A DNA stretch of 64,000 nucleotides from Winogradskyella sp. Lineage in GTDB: Bacteria > Bacteroidota > Bacteroidia > Flavobacteriales > Flavobacteriaceae. The notes beneath the pieces are model-generated. The model did not search any database. It saw only the letters and a list, made by a program, of their open reading frames with translations, and was not told the origin of the DNA. The stretch covers positions 15,164-79,163 of the forward strand of contig JAOEWO010000007.1 of assembly GCA_028383925.1 (NCBI GenBank). The letters are read 5' to 3'. Position numbers and translations under genes: made by a program. Each line of letters opens with the position of its first letter. The stretch's first letter is position 1. This document shows positions 1 through 11,223 of this stretch, in pieces.

Positions 1-506
1 TTACCAACATAACTGTTGTTTTTTATTGGAAGATTAGCATCTCCTAAATCAAAATTAGTATCAACATTTACAATATTTACCATTGGTAGTAAATTATCAT
101 AAGCACGATAATTGGCATAAGTTAGATCCTGACTACCTCCCAAAATAATTGGAACAATATTCATTTCTACCAAAATCGTAATTGCGGTGCGTATAGCAAA
201 ATAGGTATCTTCTACAGTTTCACCTGGCTCAATATCGCCTAAATCTGCGATGGTAGTGTGCCAGTTTCCTGGAAATAATGTGTAAAGTGTTTTTCTAACT
301 GAGTCATAGTTAATTTCAGACCCTATATAATTAACATCGTTTCTGTTTTCTTTAACACCTATAATAACTAGCTGTACATTATCTAAATCTGGAATACCAT
401 TTTGCCTAGAGTGTACTTTAATTTTTTTTCCTAGCGCTTGTAACGCTATTAGTTCATTATGAGCTAAAACCGAATCTGAAACGGGCGTTAGAAAATTAAA
501 ATTCAT
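1..506 (-). CDS. Arginase/formimidoylglutamase-family protein (5' part; runs off the window edge)
   Basis: Manual translation from ATG at 506: MNFNFLTPVSDSVLAH...IADLGDIEPG...PIILGGSQDLTY...VNVDTNFDLG, ureohydrolase-fold motifs; 6 nt downstream of the topA stop. Confidence 0.8.
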   Translation of the reverse strand, partial: MNFNFLTPVSDSVLAHNELIALQALGKKIKVHSRQNGIPDLDNVQLVIIGVKENRNDVNYIGSEINYDSVRKTLYTLFPGNWHTTIADLGDIEPGETVEDTYFAIRTAITILVEMNIVPIILGGSQDLTYANYRAYDNLLPMVNIVNVDTNFDLGDANLPIKNNSYVG

Positions 507-512
507 GTATAA

Positions 513-3044
513 TTACTTCTTTTTTACAGTTGCTTTTTTAGCAGTTGTTTTCTTTTTTGGTGCGGCTTTTTTCTTAGTCGCTTTTTTCTTTGGTGCGTTT
601 TTCTCTAATAAAGCTTGCGCCTTTTCTAATGTCATTTTACTAACATCTACTGTTTTGGCAAGCTCAACTTTTTGCTTACCTTTTATTAGGTTATGTCGTC
701 CCCATCTTGCTTTCTCAATACGGACACCTTCATCTTCCCAATTATGAATAACCTTATCAATCTCTTTTTGAATTTTTTCTTCAATCAAAGTTACAATGTC
801 TTCTTCAGATAAATTGTCCCAATCGTATTTTTTATTCACATTTATGAACAAGTTATTCCACTTAATAAATGGTCCAAAACGCCCTTTACCTTTTGTAACT
901 TCTAAATCTTGATACATATAGATAGGCGCATCTGCTAATTCTTTTTCCTTAATATAAATAACAGCCTCGTCTAACTCTACACTTAGCGGATCTACACCTT
1001 TAGGTAATGACACAAACTTTTTACCAAACTTTACATAAGGCCCAAAACGCCCGTTGTTAACCTCAACTTCTTCTTCTTTATAATGGCCTAATACTTTTGG
1101 AAGCTTAAACAAATCCATAGCTTGCTCAAACGTAATAGAGCTTAATTGTTGGTCTGGTGACAAACTTGCAAACTGAGATTTCTCCTCATCATCTGGTGTA
1201 CCTAGTTGCACTAAAGGCCCAAATTTACCTAAACGCACTAATACTGTACGTCCTGTTTTTGGATCTGTACCTAAAATACGCTCACCAGATTCGCGCTCTG
1301 CATTTTCTTGCACGTCTTCTACCTGCGGATGAAAACCTTTATAGAAATCTTTCATCATTTCGCGCCAGTCTTCTTTACCTTCTGCTATATCATCAAAACT
1401 CGCTTCTACTCTAGCCGTAAAATTGTAGTCTAAAATACTTTCAAAATGATTCACTAAAAAATCAGTTACAATTGTACCAATATCTGTAGGCACAAGTTTA
1501 CCTTTATTAGAACCCGTGGTTTCGGTAAGTGGACTATTCTTTATGTTGCCATTTTCAAAAACTAATTGCTTGTAAGCTCTTTCATCTCCTTCATTAATTC
1601 CTTTTTCTACATAATTTCTATTCTGAATTGTAGATATGGTTGGGGCGTAAGTTGACGGACGACCAATACCTAACTCTTCTAAGCGCTTTACTAAAGCAGC
1701 TTCTGTAAATCTTGCAGGTGGTCTTGTAAAACGTTCTGTTGCTGTAATATAATTGTTATTAAGATTTTCACCCACTTTTAAGTCTGGTAAAATACCTTCT
1801 TGTTCTGTATCTTCATCATCTGTGCCTTCTAAATAAACTTTTAAAAAACCTTCAAATGTTATAATCTCTCCGTTTGCTGTAAACTTATCACTTACCTTAG
1901 CTTTAGAGTTAATATCAATTTTAAGATTGGTACGCTCTAATTTAGCATCGCTCATTTGTGATGCTATGGCACGTTTCCATATTAAATCATACAATCGCGC
2001 TTGGTCGCGCTCAGCATTAACCGTGTGGTTGGCAAAATCAGTTGGCCTAATAGCCTCGTGAGCTTCTTGTGCGCCTTTAGATTTACCTTTATAATTAGTT
2101 GGTTTACTAAATTTAGACCCGTAAGCCGAGATAATTTCACTCTCAGCACCTTTTTTAGCTTCTTCAGATAAGTTAACACTATCAGTTCTCATATACGTAA
2201 TAAGACCAGCTTCGTACAAACGCTGAGCATTACTCATTGTTCTACTTACCGAATACCCTAACTTACGTGATGCTTCTTGTTGTAATGTTGATGTTGTAAA
2301 GGGCGCAGCAGCAGATTTTTTTGCAGGCTTTTTCTGTAAATCAGATACTGCATAAGTAGCATCAATATTATGTTTTAAAAACTGATGTGCTTCTTCTTCA
2401 GAACTAAAGTTCTTTGGTAATTTTGCTTTAAAAGAGTTACCACCATCTGTTTTAAATTCTGCATCAACTCTATAAGATGCCTCTGGCGTAAAACCTTGAA
2501 CTTCTCTTTCGCGTTCAACAATTAAACGCACAGAAACCGATTGCACACGGCCTGCAGACAACCCACCTTTAACTTTTCTCCACAATACTGGCGACAACTC
2601 ATAACCTACAATACGATCTAAAACACGTCTTGCTTGTTGTGCATCTACCAAGTTGTAATCTATGCTTCGTGGATTTTCTATGGCTTTTTGAATGGCACTT
2701 TTTGTAATCTCATGAAAAACAATACGTTTTGTCTTTTCTTTATCTAAACCTAAGGTCTCAGCCAAATGCCAAGCAATAGCTTCTCCCTCGCGATCCTCAT
2801 CACTAGCTAACCATACCATGTCTGCTTTTTTAGCTAAGTCTTTTAACTTCTTAACTACATCCTTTTTATCTTTAGAGACTTGGTACTTAGGCATAAAATC
2901 GCCTTCTACATCGACTCCGAGTTCTTTTGAAGGCAAATCTGATATATGTCCAAAACTAGACTCTACCTTATAATCTTTCCCTAAAAATTTCTCTATGGTT
3001 TTTGCCTTTGCAGGTGACTCAACTATGACTAGGTTCTTCGGCAT
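513..3044 (-). CDS. topA: DNA topoisomerase I
   Basis: NLVIVESPAKAKTI TOPRIM start, DEDREGE, SAGRVQS, LITYMRTDS active-site Tyr, C-terminal GRFGPY repeats and Lys-rich tail. Confidence 0.98.
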   Translation of the reverse strand: MPKNLVIVESPAKAKTIEKFLGKDYKVESSFGHISDLPSKELGVDVEGDFMPKYQVSKDKKDVVKKLKDLAKKADMVWLASDEDREGEAIAWHLAETLGLDKEKTKRIVFHEITKSAIQKAIENPRSIDYNLVDAQQARRVLDRIVGYELSPVLWRKVKGGLSAGRVQSVSVRLIVEREREVQGFTPEASYRVDAEFKTDGGNSFKAKLPKNFSSEEEAHQFLKHNIDATYAVSDLQKKPAKKSAAAPFTTSTLQQEASRKLGYSVSRTMSNAQRLYEAGLITYMRTDSVNLSEEAKKGAESEIISAYGSKFSKPTNYKGKSKGAQEAHEAIRPTDFANHTVNAERDQARLYDLIWKRAIASQMSDAKLERTNLKIDINSKAKVSDKFTANGEIITFEGFLKVYLEGTDDEDTEQEGILPDLKVGENLNNNYITATERFTRPPARFTEAALVKRLEELGIGRPSTYAPTISTIQNRNYVEKGINEGDERAYKQLVFENGNIKNSPLTETTGSNKGKLVPTDIGTIVTDFLVNHFESILDYNFTARVEASFDDIAEGKEDWREMMKDFYKGFHPQVEDVQENAERESGERILGTDPKTGRTVLVRLGKFGPLVQLGTPDDEEKSQFASLSPDQQLSSITFEQAMDLFKLPKVLGHYKEEEVEVNNGRFGPYVKFGKKFVSLPKGVDPLSVELDEAVIYIKEKELADAPIYMYQDLEVTKGKGRFGPFIKWNNLFINVNKKYDWDNLSEEDIVTLIEEKIQKEIDKVIHNWEDEGVRIEKARWGRHNLIKGKQKVELAKTVDVSKMTLEKAQALLEKNAPKKKATKKKAAPKKKTTAKKATVKKK

Positions 3045-3068
3045 ACTTTGTTTTTTTTTTTGAGGTTA

Positions 3069-3076
3069 CAAATGTA
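3069..3076 (-). promoter_or_regulatory. Bacteroidota sigma70 -7 element for topA
   Basis: TACATTTG on the minus strand matches TAnnTTTG, about 25 nt before the ATG. Confidence 0.65.
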
Positions 3077-3354
3077 TATGAATTTTAAGTTACAATCCTA
3101 ATTTCGTCCGAAATAGCACACAATTTACCGCAACTGATTACTTAAAAAAAGGATTTAAACCCCATTAAAACAGAATTTTTTGAATAGATTTTTAACCATT
3201 AATCCGTTGTGTCTTTTAGTAAAACTTATCACTTCGAAAGAGTTTTTCGATTGAAGATAAGAACGTTTTGGAGCAAGAAGTAGAATTTTTTGTGACCAAA
3301 ATCATTTAACTGCAGTAGTCTCTATATTTTAATGCAAAATACACTATAATACAA

Positions 3355-3783
3355 TTAATTTACAAATGTAAGTGGCTCTTCCCAGCCTTGAAGGCTAAAG
3401 GAGATACCTTCTAGACCATTAAGGTAATCTAAAACACTAAAACTATATGTTTTTGTAATATAGGCTTCACAGACTTCAGGGTTTGTAAATTTTAGACTTA
3501 GGTTAGCACCACCAAAATCACCTGCCTGCAAAGGAATATCCGACACCAACTGCACAACCCAACTTACACCATCGCAACCAGAGGCACTAAATGTTATATC
3601 TAGACAGTTATCATTAATTTGAGCACTTTCTATAGTGAATTCGCTTTGACTTGGCTCATTATATAGGTCTAAATCTATAAACGCAGTAAAATCGCAGGGT
3701 AACACTAAATCCCCATCATCGGTATTACACGCTAATAAAATGAAAGCTAACAGAATTATAGGACACTTAAAGTTTTTTAGCAT
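3355..3783 (-). CDS. Hypothetical lipoprotein
   Basis: Signal peptide with lipobox ILLAC, acidic mature region, SASGCDG and CEAY Cys motifs. Confidence 0.7.
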   Translation of the reverse strand: MLKNFKCPIILLAFILLACNTDDGDLVLPCDFTAFIDLDLYNEPSQSEFTIESAQINDNCLDITFSASGCDGVSWVVQLVSDIPLQAGDFGGANLSLKFTNPEVCEAYITKTYSFSVLDYLNGLEGISFSLQGWEEPLTFVN

Positions 3784-3867
3784 TATGTTTTTTAGCTTAG
3801 TTGGTAACAGTACGACTATTATGTTTTAAATTTAAAAAATTATCACTCTTTAGATAAATATTGCAAC

Positions 3868-3906
3868 TGCCACTTTGTCATAATCATCAAAATAATCCTA
3901 TCTTTG
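3868..3906 (+). promoter_or_regulatory. miaB operon promoter with overlapping operator-like motif
   Basis: TATCTTTG (-7) at 3899-3906, TTTG at 3874-3877, and TGCCA-CTT-TGTCA quasi-palindrome at 3868-3880. Confidence 0.65.
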
Positions 3907-3932
3907 CATACTTATTGAGATTTGAAAAAGCA

Positions 3933-5378
3933 ATGGAAAAGATCATAGACGAAAACAAACAAGGGGAAGCTCTTATTTTAGATAAAAAAGTAGGGAACGG
4001 TAAAAAACTATTTATAGAAAGTTACGGTTGTCAAATGAATTTTAGCGACAGCGAAATTGTAGCATCAATTTTAGCAGACCAAGGTTACAACACTACACAA
4101 TCTCTTGAAGACGCAGACTTAGTATTAGTTAACACCTGTTCTATTAGAGATAAAGCAGAACAAACCGTAAGAAAACGTTTAGCTAAATATAATGCCGTAA
4201 AGCAAATTAACCCAAAAATGAAAGTTGGTGTTTTGGGCTGTATGGCAGAGCGTTTAAAAAGTAAATTTCTAGAAGAAGAAAAAATTGTAGACCTTGTTGT
4301 TGGCCCAGATGCCTATAAAGACTTACCAAACCTTTTGGCAGAAGTAGAAGATGGTAGAGATGCAATTAACGTCATATTATCTAAAGAAGAAACCTATGGA
4401 GACATTGCACCTGTGCGTCTTAACAGTAATGGCATTACAGCATTTGTATCTATTACTAGAGGTTGCGACAATATGTGCACCTTTTGCGTAGTCCCATTTA
4501 CAAGAGGACGAGAGCGCAGTAGAGATCCACAAAGTATAATAGAAGAAATAAATGATTTATGGTCTAAAGGGTTTAAAGAAGTTACGCTTTTAGGGCAAAA
4601 TGTAGATAGTTTTCTTTGGTATGGTGGTGGCTTAAAGAAAGATTTCACAAAAGCATCCGATCTTCAAAAAGCTACGGCTGTTGACTTTTCTAAACTATTA
4701 GACATGTGCGCTAAAGCACAACCTAAGATGCGATATAGATTCTCTACATCTAACCCACAAGATTTAACTTTAGATGTTATTAGAACAATGGCTAAACACG
4801 ATAATATTTGCAATTACATTCATTTGCCTGTGCAAAGTGGTAGTAATCGTATATTAAAAGAAATGAATCGTTTGCACACGCGCGAAGAGTATTTTGAACT
4901 TATAGATAATATAAAGACATTAATACCAGACTGTTCTATTTCTCAAGATATGATTACTGGTTTCCCAACAGAAACAGAAGAAGACCACCAAGACACATTA
5001 TCTTTAATGGAATATGTAAAGTACGATTTTGGATTTATGTTTGCTTACTCAGAACGACCAGGTACTATGGCAGCAAGGAAGTTAGAGGATGATGTGCCTG
5101 CTGATGTAAAGAAGAGACGTCTTAACGACATTATTCAACTACAACAAATACACGCTTTAGAAAGAACACAAGCACACATTGGCAAAGTTGAAGAGGTCCT
5201 TGTAGAAAAAACATCAAAACGCTCTGATGCACATTGGTCGGGCAGAAATAGCCAAAATACAGTTGTCGTTTTTCCTAAAGAAAATTATAAACCTGGCGAA
5301 TTTGTTAATGTAAAAATAATAGACTGTACAAGCGCTACACTTATGGGTGAAGCGGTTGCGTATTCTAAAAACAATTAA
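3933..5378 (+). CDS. miaB: tRNA-2-methylthio-N6-dimethylallyladenosine synthase MiaB
   Basis: SYGCQMN, NTCSIR, GCMAER, radical-SAM CDNMCTFC, C-terminal TRAM domain; start placed at ATG 3933, downstream of the -7 element. Confidence 0.97.
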   Translation: MEKIIDENKQGEALILDKKVGNGKKLFIESYGCQMNFSDSEIVASILADQGYNTTQSLEDADLVLVNTCSIRDKAEQTVRKRLAKYNAVKQINPKMKVGVLGCMAERLKSKFLEEEKIVDLVVGPDAYKDLPNLLAEVEDGRDAINVILSKEETYGDIAPVRLNSNGITAFVSITRGCDNMCTFCVVPFTRGRERSRDPQSIIEEINDLWSKGFKEVTLLGQNVDSFLWYGGGLKKDFTKASDLQKATAVDFSKLLDMCAKAQPKMRYRFSTSNPQDLTLDVIRTMAKHDNICNYIHLPVQSGSNRILKEMNRLHTREEYFELIDNIKTLIPDCSISQDMITGFPTETEEDHQDTLSLMEYVKYDFGFMFAYSERPGTMAARKLEDDVPADVKKRRLNDIIQLQQIHALERTQAHIGKVEEVLVEKTSKRSDAHWSGRNSQNTVVVFPKENYKPGEFVNVKIIDCTSATLMGEAVAYSKNN

Positions 5379-5381
5379 TTT

Positions 5382-6647
5382 ATGGAATCGGTTCAGGCTA
5401 TAAAACAACGTTTTGGCATTATAGGTAACGATCCTAAATTAAATCGTGCCATAGAAAAAGCCTTGCAAGTTTCACCTACAGATATTTCGGTATTAGTTAC
5501 GGGCGAAAGTGGTGTTGGTAAAGAAAGTATACCAAAAATTATACACCAATTATCGCATAGAAAACACGGTAAATATATTGCCGTAAACTGTGGTGCTATA
5601 CCAGAAGGCACTATTGACAGCGAACTATTTGGGCACGAAAAAGGCGCTTTTACTGGCGCAACGGCAACACGGTCTGGTTATTTTGAAGTGGCAGACGGAG
5701 GCACCATATTTTTAGACGAAGTTGGCGAATTACCACTAACAACACAAGTCCGTTTATTACGTGTTTTAGAAAACGGAGAATTTATAAAAGTAGGTTCAAG
5801 TAAAGTCCAAAAAACAGATGTAAGAATTGTAGCCGCTACAAACGTTAACATGTTTGAAGCCATAAAAAAAGAAAAGTTTAGAGAAGATTTATACTACCGT
5901 CTTAGCACTATAGAAATAAACCTTCCGGCTTTAAGAGAACGAAAAGACGATATTCATTTATTATTTAGAAAATTTGCTAGCGATTTTGCATTAAAATATA
6001 AAATGCCTACAGTAAAACTTGAAGATGAAGCTATTCATCTACTTGTAAAATACAGATGGAATGGTAACATTAGACAATTAAGAAACGTTGCAGAACAAGT
6101 CTCTGTGCTAGAGCATAACCGTACAATAAGTGCTTTAACAATTCAAAACTACTTGCCTAATGCAGGCAGTAATTTACCAGCAGTAGTTAGTACCTCAAAA
6201 TCTGAAAGCGACTTTAGTAGTGAACGTGAAATACTATATAAAGTATTGTTTGATATGAAAGCAGATCTTAATGACCTTAAGAAGCTTACTATGAAACTCA
6301 TGAAAAACGGAAGCGCTAAAGATGTGCAAAAAGAAAACGAGCACCTTATAGAAAAAATTTATGGTGATGGTAAAGAAGAAAACTATGACGATGCCATTGA
6401 AGAATTAGGTGTTTTAGCTATACCAGAACACGCGACTAATACAGAACAAAGCACTACAGATATTGAAGACAAATATCATTTTGCTGAAGAAATTGAAGAA
6501 GAAGAAACGCTATCTTTACACGATAAAGAATTAGAGCTAATAAAAAAATCTTTAGAACGCCATAGTGGCAAAAGAAAACTAGCAGCTACAGAGCTTGGTA
6601 TTAGCGAACGCACATTATATCGGAAAATAAAACAATACGATCTTTAA
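5382..6647 (+). CDS. Sigma54-dependent Fis-family transcriptional activator without an N-terminal sensory domain
   Basis: GESGVGKE Walker A, intact GAFTGA loop, IFLDEVGE Walker B, C-terminal HTH (AATELGISERTLYRK). Confidence 0.93.
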   Translation: MESVQAIKQRFGIIGNDPKLNRAIEKALQVSPTDISVLVTGESGVGKESIPKIIHQLSHRKHGKYIAVNCGAIPEGTIDSELFGHEKGAFTGATATRSGYFEVADGGTIFLDEVGELPLTTQVRLLRVLENGEFIKVGSSKVQKTDVRIVAATNVNMFEAIKKEKFREDLYYRLSTIEINLPALRERKDDIHLLFRKFASDFALKYKMPTVKLEDEAIHLLVKYRWNGNIRQLRNVAEQVSVLEHNRTISALTIQNYLPNAGSNLPAVVSTSKSESDFSSEREILYKVLFDMKADLNDLKKLTMKLMKNGSAKDVQKENEHLIEKIYGDGKEENYDDAIEELGVLAIPEHATNTEQSTTDIEDKYHFAEEIEEEETLSLHDKELELIKKSLERHSGKRKLAATELGISERTLYRKIKQYDL

Positions 6648-6714
6648 GAACTATTTATGAAACAATAATGCCTAAAATGACGTTATTGAGATTAAAAGAT
6701 AAACAATTAATTAA

Positions 6715-7218
6715 ATGAAGCAATTACAATTTATACTTCTTATTCTAGCAAGTTCTGCTCTAGTTAACTGTAATGTCTATTCTTTTACTGGCGCAGATAC
6801 TGGTAATGCAAAAACGTTTCAAGTTAATTTTTTTCAAAATAATGCAGAGTTAGTAGAACCTGGTCTAGATATAGACTTTACTAATAGTCTGCAAGATTTG
6901 GTACAAAACCAAACCAACTTAAACTTAGCAACGCTAGGGGCCGATTTAATATTTGAAGGCGAAATTACAGAATATAGAATTGCACCGATGACGGCTACTG
7001 CTCAAAACACAGCTGCACAAAACAGACTAACAATAGGCGTAAATGTGCGCTATATTAACACCTTAGATGCAGAAAAAGATTTTGAAAAACGCTTTTCTTT
7101 CTTTTTTGATTATCCTGCAAACGCTCAGCTAACAGGAGGCACTAAAGACGAGGCCTTCGAAGTTATTTTTGAACGTTTAACCCAAGATATTTTTAACGCA
7201 TCTTTAGCAAATTGGTAA
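6715..7218 (+). CDS. lptE: LptE-family LPS assembly lipoprotein
   Basis: Lipoprotein signal ending ALVNC followed by YSFTGA, size and C-terminal IFNASLANW typical of Bacteroidota LptE-like proteins. Confidence 0.8.
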   Translation: MKQLQFILLILASSALVNCNVYSFTGADTGNAKTFQVNFFQNNAELVEPGLDIDFTNSLQDLVQNQTNLNLATLGADLIFEGEITEYRIAPMTATAQNTAAQNRLTIGVNVRYINTLDAEKDFEKRFSFFFDYPANAQLTGGTKDEAFEVIFERLTQDIFNASLANW

Positions 7219-7219
7219 A

Positions 7220-8143
7220 ATGCAACTTAAAGAACTTTCATATTTATTGCAACATCCTGAAGCCGTTACAGCTGCACAAGTAGATGCATTATCTTTAAAA
7301 ATAAAAGAGTATCCTTATTTTCAACCCTTAAAAGCACTCTATCTTAAAGGCTTAAAACAGAAAGAAAGCTATAAATACAATCACACGCTTAAACAGACTG
7401 CAGCACATACTACAGACCGTAGTGTATTGTTTGATTATATAACGTCTGAGGTATTTAATCAGAATGAAATATCTAATGAGATTAAGCAAAACTTAGAAGC
7501 TATAAAAAATATTGAAGTAACTGCAATAGATGATATTTCTGTAAACAAAAGCGTAGCAATAGATGATGCACTTAAAGAACATATAAAAGCAACAGAAGGC
7601 GTCTTAGACCCAAATCTATTTGAAGTAAAAAAACAACCACTACCTCAGTCTGAAGCTTTAGATACAGAAAAGTTTAACAGCGATGTTGCTGTTAAAAACA
7701 ACACGCTAGAGAAACAACTAAACATAGGCAAACCCTTAGAGTTTGATAAGTCTGAAAATCATTCGTTCGCAGAATGGCTAAAAATTACAAGTTTTAAACC
7801 CATAATAAGAGCAGAAAAAGAATTTAAAAAAGAGCCTTTAAGCGCTTCTAAAAGTACACCATTAGAAAACAAACTGGCTATTATAAATAAATTCATAGAT
7901 GAAAATCCTAAAATAAAACCAGTCACAAATCAAGTTTCTAAACCTAAGCTTGTTAATAATGATGAAGGGGTTTCAGACAGTTTAATGACCGAAACTTTAG
8001 CACGTATTTATCTCGAACAAAAAAACTATGATAAGGCGATTCAATCCTATAAAATTTTAAGTTTGAAATATCCAGAAAAAAGTAGTTTCTTTGCACACCA
8101 AATTAAAGCAGTAGAAGAATTAAAAGAAAATAATAAGACATAA
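7220..8143 (+). CDS. Conserved protein with C-terminal TPR-like motif
   Basis: YPYFQ N-terminal motif and MTETLARIYLEQKNYDKAIQSYKILSLKYPEKSSFFA; usual position between lptE and secG. Confidence 0.75.
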   Translation: MQLKELSYLLQHPEAVTAAQVDALSLKIKEYPYFQPLKALYLKGLKQKESYKYNHTLKQTAAHTTDRSVLFDYITSEVFNQNEISNEIKQNLEAIKNIEVTAIDDISVNKSVAIDDALKEHIKATEGVLDPNLFEVKKQPLPQSEALDTEKFNSDVAVKNNTLEKQLNIGKPLEFDKSENHSFAEWLKITSFKPIIRAEKEFKKEPLSASKSTPLENKLAIINKFIDENPKIKPVTNQVSKPKLVNNDEGVSDSLMTETLARIYLEQKNYDKAIQSYKILSLKYPEKSSFFAHQIKAVEELKENNKT

Positions 8144-8145
8144 AC

Positions 8146-8487
8146 ATGAGTACATTCGTAATCTTTTTGGTATTAATTGTAATAGTGGCATTTTTATTAA
8201 TCGTTGTCATTATGGTACAAAACCCCAAGGGCGGTGGTTTATCATCATCTTTTGGTGGTGGCGGAACTCAGCAATTAGGAGGTGTTAAAAAAACAGGAGA
8301 CTTTTTAGATAAAAGCACATGGTTTTTAGCAACAGCATTAATTTTATTAATACTTGCTTCTAACTTAACTATAGATGGCGGTAACAATATAGAATCTAAA
8401 GCTTTAGACTTAGATGAGCCAATAGAAATGCCAGTTACACCTGCTACTACTGATGATACAACAGACGGTACAGAAAGCGGAAGCTAA
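8146..8487 (+). CDS. secG: Preprotein translocase subunit SecG
   Basis: Two TM helices around VQNPKGGGLSSSFGGGG...FLDKSTW. Confidence 0.95.
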   Translation: MSTFVIFLVLIVIVAFLLIVVIMVQNPKGGGLSSSFGGGGTQQLGGVKKTGDFLDKSTWFLATALILLILASNLTIDGGNNIESKALDLDEPIEMPVTPATTDDTTDGTESGS

Positions 8488-8510
8488 AACATAACATACA
8501 TCATAATTTT

Positions 8511-8539
8511 AAAAGCCAACTGTTTAGTTGGCTTTTTTT
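8511..8539 (+). terminator. Intrinsic terminator after secG
   Basis: AAAAGCCAACT-gttt-AGTTGGCTTTT plus T run. Confidence 0.85.
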
Positions 8540-8562
8540 ATGACCTAAACATTTAAGATATA

Positions 8563-8602
8563 TGAAACTTTGTCAGTCGCATACAATTGGCATAATTTTC
8601 GA
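8563..8602 (+). promoter_or_regulatory. Putative groES control region: operator-like motif plus sigma54-like -24/-12 site
   Basis: TGAAA-CTT-TGTCA at 8563-8575; TGGCA at 8588-8592 with GG-N10-GA spacing (canonical GG-N10-GC). Confidence 0.45.
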
Positions 8603-8650
8603 ACTACGCTACAGAATAAAACAATTAAAATAATTAAAAACATAAATTAA

Positions 8651-8925
8651 ATGGCTTTAAACATTAAACCCTTAGCAGATCGTGTACTTGTAGAACCAAT
8701 GCAAGCTGAAACAAAAACAGCTTCAGGTATTATTATTCCAGATAATGCTAAAGAAAAACCACAAAAGGGAACTGTTGTTGCTATTGGCAACGGTACAAAA
8801 GATGAACCCTTAACAGTAAAAGTTGGCGATACTGTACTTTACGGTAAATATGGTGGTACAGAACTTAAATTAGAAGGTAAAGACTATTTAATGATGCGCG
8901 AAAGTGACATCTTGGCGATTATCTA

Positions 8926-8926
<1 letters not shown>
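8651..8926 (+). CDS. groES: Co-chaperonin GroES
   Basis: [37 protein letters not shown]. Confidence 0.98.
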
Positions 8927-10651
<1,725 letters not shown>

Positions 10652-10678
10652 TCGAGAACATAGACACAAAATGTATTA

Positions 10679-10712
10679 AACTAGTCAGTGAGAGAAACCG
10701 AGCTGACTAGTT
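10679..10712. other. 3'-UTR hairpin after groEL
   Basis: AACTAGTCAG / CTGACTAGTT perfect 10-bp inverted repeat upstream of the terminator. Confidence 0.55.
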
Positions 10713-10720
10713 ATAAATTT

Positions 10721-10750
10721 AAAAGCCTTTGATTTACATCAAAGGCTTTT
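10721..10750. terminator. Bidirectional intrinsic terminator between groEL and the heavy-metal cluster
   Basis: AAAAGCCTTTGAT-ttac-ATCAAAGGCTTTT between convergent genes. Confidence 0.85.
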
Positions 10751-10772
10751 CTTTTAGATTAATGATACTTTT

Positions 10773-11144
10773 TTACTCACCATCACCTTTACCTTTTTCG
10801 TGATCTTTCTTCACATCTTCATCACGGTATTTACAACATGGGTGAACTGAGTTATATTGTTCTTCTGTCGCTTTTATCTCTTTGGTATCGTGACCAACAG
10901 AAGCTAAATTCTTAGAAATAACTTTTATGCTTGTTTTACGCTCATCTATAATGAGTTTTAACTCATGCGTATCTACATTCCAAACGGCAGATTTTACACC
11001 TTTTGTTCTTATAGCTGCTTTTTCGATACGGTCTTTACACATGCCACAAACGCCATCTACTTCAATAGAGGTTTTTAAATTTTTGTTTTGTGCAAATGTT
11101 GCTGTTGTTACTAATACTGTGAAAATTAAAATTATTTTTTTCAT
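10773..11144 (-). CDS. Secreted heavy-metal-associated (HMA, MerP/CopZ-like) protein
   Basis: Signal peptide, GVCGMCKDRIE metal motif, C-terminal HPCCKYR. Confidence 0.88.
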   Translation of the reverse strand: MKKIILIFTVLVTTATFAQNKNLKTSIEVDGVCGMCKDRIEKAAIRTKGVKSAVWNVDTHELKLIIDERKTSIKVISKNLASVGHDTKEIKATEEQYNSVHPCCKYRDEDVKKDHEKGKGDGE

Positions 11145-11199
11145 CTAAAATTATTTTTGTACCCATAAAAATGAGAAACTGTTATACTTATATTTATAA

Positions 11200-11220
11200 G
11201 ATTCCTGCCTTCGCAAGAAT
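11200..11220. repeat. REP-like palindrome, family A
   Basis: GATTCCTGCCTTCGCAAGAAT; related copies at 54541-54560 and (reverse) 57375-57395. Confidence 0.75.
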
Positions 11221-11223
11221 TGG

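Noticed and set aside
505-747. 80-aa Phe/Ala-rich ORF on the plus strand
   Set aside because: Antisense shadow of the Lys/Ala-rich TopA tail
3050-3061. T homopolymer just upstream of the topA start as a phase-variation tract
   Set aside because: A-rich leaders are normal in Bacteroidota, the run is non-coding and downstream of the promoter, and topA is an unlikely phase-variable gene
3291-3322. ECF-like TGTGACC...GTAGTCT motif in the topA intergenic region
   Set aside because: Points into the 3' end of an opposite-strand gene with no downstream ORF; match too loose to support
3861-3932. N-terminal extension of MiaB from TTG 3861
   Set aside because: Spans the promoter elements; ATG 3933 fits better
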